Origin: Thecamonas trahens ATCC 50062
Lineage: Eukaryota > Protista > Apusomonadida
DNA length: 64,000 bases
Assembly: GCF_000142905.1 (NCBI RefSeq)
Contig: NW_013657666.1
Span: 382,631-446,630 of the forward strand
Direction of reading: 5' to 3'
Made by a program: the position numbers and the translations under genes. Of the stretch, positions 56,613-64,000 are shown piece after piece; the first letter of the stretch is position 1; the number at the start of each line of letters is the position of its first letter. The notes below the pieces were generated by a model. It searched no databases. It worked only from the letters and a program-made list of their open reading frames with translations, and was not told the DNA's origin.

Positions 56613-57056
56613 AATACGTGTGCAAGAAGAGTGTCGCCCCCCCCCCCCCCCCCCACCCCCCACCCCTCCCTCCTCCCTCCTCCTTCCGTCTTCCCGTGTC
56701 GCCTTCCTCTGGGATGGTCACCATGGTCGCCCTCCCCTCCCTCTCCCGTCTCTCCCTCCCCCGCTCACACACATACCCCTCTCCGCACCCATCCCACTCA
56801 CCCCACTCCCGAAACCCCACACATCCTCCATCTCCTCTTTCTCTCCACTTCTCTCGCCTCATCACACTCTCCATCACACACTCTCGCCAAACACAATCCC
56901 CATCCCCCCCCCTCTCTGCCCACCCGGCCCACCCGCCCAACGCGCCAAGCCCTCCCACTCCCACTCCCACTCCCACCCCCACCCTCACCCCGCTACTCCC
57001 TTGCAACACAACACTCCACCTAACACTCCACAACCCCTACACACACACCCTTACTC

Positions 57057-58988
57057 ATGGAGGTGGTGCGCGAGTTCGACCACCGCCCTGTCCTCGAACG
57101 TACGCCCCCCCTTTCACCTCCCCTCCCGTCCTTTGTCCCCCCACCCCTCCCCGTCCTCTCCTACACCTCTGGCCACTCACCGCCGTCACCCTCACCGCTC
57201 CTCCTCTCGGCTCTATATCCACAGAGATCCCGATCCCTCTACCCCACACACAACAGACAATATGCGAACTGGACTGCACCATGAGTACGCTCTCCATCCC
57301 CATCCCCCATCCCCATCCCCATCCGCATCCTCCGTCCCCCCCCCCCCCTCCCCTCACCCTCACCCACCCACAGTCAATGTCCCCTCATCGTCTGATGCTC
57401 AGCTGCATCGACTGTACAAGGCCGAGGGAGTCGTTTACCCTGCGCTGCACATCCCGCCGCTGCCCGAGACGCCCGAGCCGTTTACGGTGCCTACCCTCAA
57501 GCACCGCCCGTCGCCTCTGGCTGACAAGATGGCGGCGTGGCGGGCGTGGGCTACTGATGCTGCCGCGCCGCTACTCTCGGTCCATGGCGTGGTCGTCTGG
57601 CTCGTCGCCGCTCTCTTGTTTCTCCTCCGTAGTCTGCGCATCATGTCGCCGGATGTGTCGCGGGAGAAGCTGCCGGCGTATCTCGGCGGCGCCGGGTGGG
57701 TCGGGACCATGACCTCGGTCCGCAAGCTCGCCTGGCACCCGTACCTCCACCGCCTTGGGGTGGCGCTCCGTGACGGATCAGTCCATGTCTACGACCTGAT
57801 GAGCCAAGAATGGATCCCGTTCTCGCTTCGCCACGAGTTTCAGCAGGATGTGTTCTCCATGGCCTGGCAGCCACAGGCGGGCCACGTCCTCGCGGTCGGC
57901 ACTGCATCGGGTGTGGCCGTCTGGTCACTGCCAATCCCCCGTCCTGAGGGCGTTGCCGGCCAGGCAGGCGCAGACGGCCATGATTTGTCGGCGACTGGCA
58001 TGGCAGCCTCGTTCCGCAGCTCAATGCTCGGTGCGAGCACCCGTGCCGGAAACGAGTCGATGCGCGCGTCGCGGATGGGTGGCGCCGGTGCAGGCTCGGC
58101 CCGTGCCCGCACCCACACCCGTGGATGCGGTTCCTGACTTGCGGCGAAGGCCCGGTCACCTCGCTTTCGTGGCATCCGGCAGGCACCCACCTCGCCATGG
58201 CCTGCCCGTCATCGTCGGACCTCATTGTGTGGTCGATGGAGCTCGGGCTGCCGACACGCCTCGCCCGCTCCGGCGCGGGCACCACCCTTGTCTCGTGGTC
58301 GCCATCGGGCCACTACTTGCTTGCCGCCACCAACTCGGGCGTCTTCCGCATCTGGGAGACAGCTACGTGGGCATGCGAGCGGTGGTCGCTCGAGGCGCCT
58401 GTCAACTCGGCCGTCTGGTCAGCAGACTCTAACTTTCTCCTCCTCTCGCTTGAGGGCTGCAGCGAGGTGTACGCCATGCGCCTCGATGCCTCTCCGCCGG
58501 TCATTGACGCCCAGTTTTGCCAGGTCCATCACCTGCCGGCCACCCCCAACACCACCGCCACTTTTGACCGGCCAGCCGCCAGTCGCGCCGCCGGCAAAGC
58601 CGACGCCGAGAGCCCCGGCGGTGACGACGAGCCGTCAGCTGAGCCTTCTCACCCGCCACCCGGCTCGGTCACGCTCGGCGGTGCCATCTCGAGCCTGGCC
58701 TGGGACGACTCGTCTGAGCGCCTGGTCGTCGCCTTCCGCGACTCGCCATACATGCTCACCTTCCACGCCACCACCTCGCCGGTCTTTAAGCTTGCGCCGC
58801 GCGGCGTCATCAAGGCCTGCCTCGACGAAGACGCCGACGGCGTACCGCTTAGCCCGGTCTTCCGGCCCAATTTTGGCCGCGGCGCCCTCCTTGCTTCGGT
58901 TGCCGCCAACTCGTCGACCATCTCGTTTGTGCCCATGTACTTTATCGCCGAGCGCGACCACTCGCGGATGGCGCTCAACAAGTGGTAG
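57057..58988 (+). CDS. AAAS: Aladin (WD40 nucleoporin), join(57057..57099,57225..57284,57374..58988) with a one-base frame break near 58120
   Basis: GTACGC donors at 57100 and 57285 with phase-matched CAG acceptors give MEVVREFDHRPVLEQIPIPLPHTQQTICELD... The body has LAWHPY...LRHEFQQDVFSMAWQP...LAVG, PVTSLSWHP, SWSPSG, FRIWET.TW.CERW, AWDDSSERLVVAF and F.PNF.RGALL, matching Aladin. Confidence 0.88.
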
Positions 58989-59011
58989 GGAGGGCAGTAG
59001 CATGTGCCTTT

Positions 59012-60328
59012 TCACAGTTCGCCTGGCGCCGGCTCGGTCAAGCTCTGCATCGACGGCAGCGCCGGGACCGCGAGCACTTGCGGCGGCGGGAGTGCGGACT
59101 CCAGCTCGCTCACCAGCCGCGTCGGCTCGTCCTTGTACCGCATCAGCACGCCCTGCAGCGTGGCAACCGAATACCGCCCCTCGCCGGTGGCGTCGGCCCA
59201 CGCGTCGGCCACGGCAGTGCTGGCCTCGGGATAAAAGGTGGTGAAGAGCTTGCGGGCCTGCGGCGTCGTTGCGTGGCCGATGTACTCGATGTAGTCGACG
59301 CGACCCGGGCGGATGAGCGCTGGATCCAGCCGGTCCAGGTGGTTGGTGGTCATGAACAGGAGGCGGTCCTCCGACGACGCCACGCCGTCCAGGGTGTTGA
59401 GCAGGCCCGAGAAGGTGAGGTACGAGTCGGTCTCCATCCTCCGCGACGCAGTCGGGTCCGGGAACGCCGCGTCGATGTCCTCAAGGAGCACAATGCACTG
59501 TTGCGGGACCTCGGAGAGCGCGTAGGCGAGCCGGTCGTCGGTCATGCCGCGGTCGTTGAGGTTGAGGATGCAGATGCCGTAGTCGAGCTCGCCGGCGAGC
59601 GCGGTGATAAACGACGACTTGCCGCAGCCCGGCGGACCGTGAAGCAGATATCCGCGCCGGTAAGGGATGCCGCGCTCGATGTACCACTGCGAGGACTGGA
59701 GGAACTCGGTGACGTCACCCACCAGCGACTCGCCCTTGTCGGTGTCTAGGATGACCGAGTCCAGTGGGCGCTTGCGGCGCGGATGGCCAAACGGCCGCCA
59801 CTCGGTGCCCCATGCGGTGTAGATGATGGTCTTGTCGTCGTCGCGCTTGGAGGCCAGGCTCTGGGCGTTGCGCAGAAAGTCGTTGAAGACCGACATGTCT
59901 TGCTGCGACATGCCCGGCGTGGTGATGGTCACCGTCTCCCACGGCGCGCCCGACGTCATGTCGATCATCTGCTTCTCGCGCGTTCGCTCCACCATAAACG
60001 GCCGGCCCTCATGGAAGAAAAAGTGCCGTCCGGGCCGTGGCTGGTACAGATACTCGGTCGATGTCGAGCCGTTGGTCTTCTGCCGGATGATGGTCTCCAC
60101 CGAGACGTGCTGGGTGGCCCGGCCCTCTGCGTTGAGCCAGGCGAGGACCCAGGGATAGGCCTTGTCCTTGGACGTCACCTCGAGCGTCACCAGGAGCTTC
60201 CGCTGGGCCACAAGTGTCGCCACATTAAGCCCTCGCCGCAGCATGGTCAGTGCCACTCCGATGCCCGCCAGCCCGGCTCCCGCCGAGAAGTACGGGTTGG
60301 AATCGAGGAGGCTCTGCACCACCTCCAT
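59012..60328 (-). CDS. BCS1: Mitochondrial AAA chaperone BCS1
   Basis: NPYFSAGAGL.G.G, LEVTSKDKAYPWVL.W, EWRPFG.PRRKRPL.SV.LD, RGIPYRRGYLLHGPPGCGKSS, LLEDID, TFSGLLN.LDG, MTTNH..RLDPALIRPGR. Confidence 0.97.
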   Translation of the reverse strand: MEVVQSLLDSNPYFSAGAGLAGIGVALTMLRRGLNVATLVAQRKLLVTLEVTSKDKAYPWVLAWLNAEGRATQHVSVETIIRQKTNGSTSTEYLYQPRPGRHFFFHEGRPFMVERTREKQMIDMTSGAPWETVTITTPGMSQQDMSVFNDFLRNAQSLASKRDDDKTIIYTAWGTEWRPFGHPRRKRPLDSVILDTDKGESLVGDVTEFLQSSQWYIERGIPYRRGYLLHGPPGCGKSSFITALAGELDYGICILNLNDRGMTDDRLAYALSEVPQQCIVLLEDIDAAFPDPTASRRMETDSYLTFSGLLNTLDGVASSEDRLLFMTTNHLDRLDPALIRPGRVDYIEYIGHATTPQARKLFTTFYPEASTAVADAWADATGEGRYSVATLQGVLMRYKDEPTRLVSELESALPPPQVLAVPALPSMQSLTEPAPGEL

Positions 60329-60851
60329 CCTCGTCACCTCTGCCGCCTGCTCGTGCTCTTTGCTCTTGCTCTCGCTCGCAGACTTGTTCTCTTCCGCTCC
60401 TGGCCCTCGCTCTCCTGGCCTCTCACAAGGGTGCAGAAGGGTGGAGGTGGAGTGGGGTGCGGTCTTCCCCTCGGTAGCGAGCCTGCATACACGGCCCCTG
60501 CATTGTCGCTGTCACTGACGCCCGCCCACTCGCTCTGCCGCGTCGTCTGGTCACCACAGCAGTCACTGGGGGGGGGGGGGGGGGGGACACACGCAGTCGA
60601 GCAAGGGGAGGACCAGCCACTATCGGTCACCACGCATGCTACGTAACGTAACGACAACAAGAACAACAACAGCAACAGCAACATCCTCATTTCCCGTGGT
60701 GCACCCATTTGATCTGTGTGGTGGTGGGGTGCGCCCCCCCCCCCTCCCCCCCCCCCTCCCGCCCCGGCAGTGGGTCACCCCGCCCTCGCTGAAGGCGGGC
60801 CGCACGGCATTGGTGCCACTTGACTCGGCAGTCGCAGACAGAGAGCCACGC

Positions 60852-62429
60852 ATGACAGCCATGCCGACGGCAGAGACCGGGACAGGGGCGTGGAGCGTGG
60901 CGGGGGCGGTACTGGCGGTGCTGGCGGCCGGCGTGGTGGTGCGGGCGGCGGTGAGTGTCGGCCCCTACTCGGGGTGGGACTCGCCGCCGCGATGGGGCGA
61001 CTACGAGGCACAGCGGCACTGGATGGAGCTCACGCAGGTGCTGGGGCCGACCGAGTGGTACCGCAACTCGTCGCGCAATGATCTCGACTACTGGGGCCTG
61101 GACTATCCGCCGCTGCAGGCGTACCACGCCAAGGCCTTTGGCTGGCTCGCCGCCGCACTCGAGCCGTCCATGGTGGCCGAAACGGTCTCGCGTGGCTACG
61201 CCTCGGCCTCGTCTAAGGCTCTGATGCGGGGATCGGCGCTGGTGTCGGATGTGCTCTTCTTTGCCCTCCCTGCCCTCGCTGCCCTGCCCATCGCGCTGCG
61301 GCTCGGTGTTGTCCGCAGCCGGGCAGCGCTCCTTGCCGCCCTCTGGGCCCTCTGGCTCCAGCCCGGGCACATCCTCATCGACCACGGTCATTTTCAGTAC
61401 AACTGCGTGGCGCTCGGCCTAGTGCTGGCGGCGATCAACTCGTGGTGCGCGGGCGCGCCGGCGGTTGCGGCTGCAGCCTTTATCGGTGCGGTGTACTTTA
61501 AGCACATGGCGCTCTACTTTGCGCTGCCTGTCTTCTTTGCGGTGGTAGGCATGGCGTTGGCTGCACGGTCGTGGGGCGGGACGTTTCGCTTTATTGCACT
61601 CAACGCAAGCGTTGTGCTGGTGGCCACTGCCGTAGTCTGGCTCCCATGGCTCCTGCCGACTGCTGATGGCACGATGCCGTGGGATGCCGACTCGCCGCTT
61701 GCGGCGGCGCTCTCACGACTGTTTCCCTGGCAGCGCGGTCTGTTTGAGGACAAGGTTGCTTCAGCGTGGTGCGTCTTCGATCCTATCCTCAGGATCAAGA
61801 CCAAGTGGTCCATGGCAGGGCAGCGGACGCTGACCATGGGTGTGACGCTAGCGGCGACGCTGCCGTCGTCGGTGATGGCGGCGATGGTCCTGGCACGAGG
61901 CGGCGTAGCGCCCGGTGGCACACTCTCCCCCGCTGGACGGTCAGCACTGACTCTCAGCCTCGCCGCCGGTGGTCTTGCGTTCTTCCTCTTCTCGTACCAC
62001 GTCCACGAGAAGTCTATTCTCTTCCCAATGCTCCCGCTCTCGCTCCTTGCTCCGGCCGCGCCGCTGGAGATCATGTGGCTCTCTGTGGCCGCCGTCTTCT
62101 CGATGTTCCACCTGCTTGTCCGCGACGGGCTAGCTGTCACGTACCTTGGTGTTGTGCTGATATTTTGCATGGGCATGGTTGTGCTGACCGGCGGCAGGGC
62201 GCGCTTTGGCTTGTGGAGTGCGGGCGCGATGGCGGTGTCGGCGGCAGGCATGGTGATGCTGCACGCGGCGGACGCGTTTGTGGCACCGCCGGCAGCCCTG
62301 CCATACCTTTGGGCGCATGCCTTTGCGGTGTGGTCGTTCGCCCACTTTGCGGCTGCGTGGCTCGTCTGTAACGTGAGCCTCTTCGGGGCGGTGCGCGCGC
62401 GGGCAACAACGCACGCCAAGACGGATTGA
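60852..62429 (+). CDS. ALG6: Dolichyl-P-Glc:Man9GlcNAc2-PP-Dol alpha-1,3-glucosyltransferase
   Basis: YSG...PP.WGDYEAQRHWME, NDLDYWGLDYPPL, LIDHGHFQYN, RLFP..RGLFEDKVA, FFLFSYHVHEKSIL. Confidence 0.97.
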   Translation: MTAMPTAETGTGAWSVAGAVLAVLAAGVVVRAAVSVGPYSGWDSPPRWGDYEAQRHWMELTQVLGPTEWYRNSSRNDLDYWGLDYPPLQAYHAKAFGWLAAALEPSMVAETVSRGYASASSKALMRGSALVSDVLFFALPALAALPIALRLGVVRSRAALLAALWALWLQPGHILIDHGHFQYNCVALGLVLAAINSWCAGAPAVAAAAFIGAVYFKHMALYFALPVFFAVVGMALAARSWGGTFRFIALNASVVLVATAVVWLPWLLPTADGTMPWDADSPLAAALSRLFPWQRGLFEDKVASAWCVFDPILRIKTKWSMAGQRTLTMGVTLAATLPSSVMAAMVLARGGVAPGGTLSPAGRSALTLSLAAGGLAFFLFSYHVHEKSILFPMLPLSLLAPAAPLEIMWLSVAAVFSMFHLLVRDGLAVTYLGVVLIFCMGMVVLTGGRARFGLWSAGAMAVSAAGMVMLHAADAFVAPPAALPYLWAHAFAVWSFAHFAAAWLVCNVSLFGAVRARATTHAKTD

Positions 62430-62515
62430 ACGAGAACGGCGCTGATGGACATTGTTTTACGACTGCGCTCGCGGCACCCAGCGTGCGCGCGGGCCCAGGC
62501 ATCATAACCACTTGC

Positions 62516-64000
62516 TTATTGCTCGCGAGACATCCTGATCTTGATCTTGGGCAGAGGAGAGGCAGCGTGGGCGCTGCTGGCTGTCGACGGCAGGCGAATC
62601 GAGAGCGGCGAAGCTCGCGGCTGGACCGGGGACGGCGAGGGCGACGACGGCGAGTTGACAGCAGCCGAGCTGACCGCTGCTGCAAGAAGCGACTGTGGGT
62701 ACAGCTGCGAGGTCTCAAAGTCGGACAGGGCAACCTCGCGGAGCTTGGCCGGAACCTTGCGGCGGCGGCCGGAGCGCGAGGTCGGCGGTGGTGCCGGCGG
62801 AGCGGCCGGCGTCGCCGACGGCGGAGAGCTTGCAGCTACAGTCGGAACACTTGTGGGTGGCGGCTTGGCCAGCGATACCGATGACGTCAAGCTCGAGGTG
62901 AGTGATGAAGATGAGATGAGCGACGACGACGACGACAGGTCAGAGTCGGACGAGATCGAAGAGCAGGACGAGAGAGTCTCAGACTCGGCGTCGACGCTGG
63001 CAGTTGCAGCGACGGTAGCAGTGGGCGGCGGCGGCGGCGGCGGCGTCGGCTTGCCAGCGTTGTTCTTGGCTTTTTTGCGAGGCGGGCCGGCCGAGGTCTT
63101 GGCGGATTTGGCACGTGAGCTTGCCGACTTGCCCGAGTACTTTTTGCGGTTGGCCTCGCGGGTGGCAGAGTCAATCAGGCCCAACTCGATGCCGCAGGTG
63201 GCAGTCTTGATGTGGCGCTTGACGTTGCAGGCCCAGCGCGAGACGTAGCCACAGCCAACACATTCAAAGCCATTGATGATAGCCTTGACGCCAAAGATGA
63301 TGGAGCCGAGCGGATGGGACTTGGTGTGCTGGACCTCGCCCTCGGGCACTGTTCCGCGCGGCTTGCGCTTTTTCGGAGCCTTGTCGCCTGCATTGCGCGA
63401 CTGCGACTTGCGCGGGCGGCCGCGCTTCTTGGGCGCCGGCGAGCGCGGCGGGGTGACGCCGGCCGCCGGATGCAGAGCACGGGTAAGGCTGCCTGCCGAC
63501 GACCTAGACGAGCGGCGGCGGGCGGCAACAGCTGAGTGCGAAAGGCCAGAGACAAAGTCGAGGTACGAGTGGACCTGACCAGCCCGGGCCGAGGTCCAGC
63601 TCAGGGCGCGCGGGGCAACGAGGCCTGAGGCCGACGGACGGCGGGCGGCAGGAGGTTCGCCAAAAGACTCGACAGCGAGCTGCACCAGCTCTGGCCGCTC
63701 CTCGACGTGAGTAAGGTGCGGGTAGCGGGCGGCAAGGGCGTCGAGCGACGAGGCCCAGTACGGGTGGAAGCGGGTGAGCTGGAAGCGAGCATCGACCGAC
63801 GACACGACCTCGGTGCGCTTGCCGTTGCGCGCCGGCGGCGCAGCCCTCTCGGCAACTTCAAGCACGTCGGGCTGCGGCTCGAGCTTGCGGAACAGCTCCG
63901 GGTGCTTGAGCAGGGTGGTGAAGAGGGTGGAGCTGAGAGTGTCGTCGATGAGTGGCTCGGCAGTGAGGAAGAACCAGTGCGAGCGGACAAAGGCGTCGAT
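62516..64000 (-). CDS. Nuclear protein with an AT-hook and a C2H2/C2HC-like zinc finger (5' end beyond the window)
   Basis: The frame stays open to 64000 (IDAFVRSHWFFL...TLFTTLLKHPELFRK). It contains KKRGRPRK (AT-hook) and FECVGCGYVSRWACNVKRHIKTATC. Confidence 0.7.
   Translation of the reverse strand: MDAFVRSHWFFLTAEPLIDDTLSSTLFTTLLKHPELFRKLEPQPDVLEVAERAAPPARNGKRTEVVSSVDARFQLTRFHPYWASSLDALAARYPHLTHVEERPELVQLAVESFGEPPAARRPSASGLVAPRALSWTSARAGQVHSYLDFVSGLSHSAVAARRRSSRSSAGSLTRALHPAAGVTPPRSPAPKKRGRPRKSQSRNAGDKAPKKRKPRGTVPEGEVQHTKSHPLGSIIFGVKAIINGFECVGCGYVSRWACNVKRHIKTATCGIELGLIDSATREANRKKYSGKSASSRAKSAKTSAGPPRKKAKNNAGKPTPPPPPPPTATVAATASVDAESETLSSCSSISSDSDLSSSSSLISSSSLTSSLTSSVSLAKPPPTSVPTVAASSPPSATPAAPPAPPPTSRSGRRRKVPAKLREVALSDFETSQLYPQSLLAAAVSSAAVNSPSSPSPSPVQPRASPLSIRLPSTASSAHAASPLPKIKIRMSREQ

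Noticed and set aside
58990-58997. GAGGGCAG after the Aladin stop, matching part of the histone downstream element
   Set aside because: Only 8 nt in GC-rich DNA, with no hairpin or AATAACACA. Expected by chance.

Overview
GC-rich, gene-dense, intron-poor nuclear DNA from a unicellular eukaryote. The style resembles an apusomonad such as Thecamonas, but that is inference only. It is a draft assembly with four N-gaps. About 19 protein genes can be supported: ERGIC3/Erv46 (partial), a UBA protein, SCAMP, a ~10,000-aa LRR plus coiled-coil giant protein spanning four frame breaks, a Pmp-repeat/extensin-stalk multipass receptor, PIG-P, several low-complexity orphans, a divergent H2A/H2B pair, an Rnl2-family RNA ligase, a CHTOP/FoP-like protein, a PX-3xSH3 scaffold, a PhyH dioxygenase, NUBP1, Aladin, BCS1, ALG6 and an AT-hook/zinc-finger protein (partial). 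Confirmed-looking introns use GTAYGN donors. The most striking unexplained signal is a ~65-nt 3' cassette shared by H2A and H2B: an 8-bp histone-type stem-loop with a 4-nt loop, then CCCCC, then an identical 17-nt purine-rich downstream element. This recalls the metazoan SLBP/U7 3'-end processing architecture, although this H2A contains an intron. Other highlights are a eukaryotic NLS-bearing Rnl2 ligase next to the histone pair, the micron-scale coiled-coil protein, and six same-direction frame breaks that are most likely homopolymer errors.
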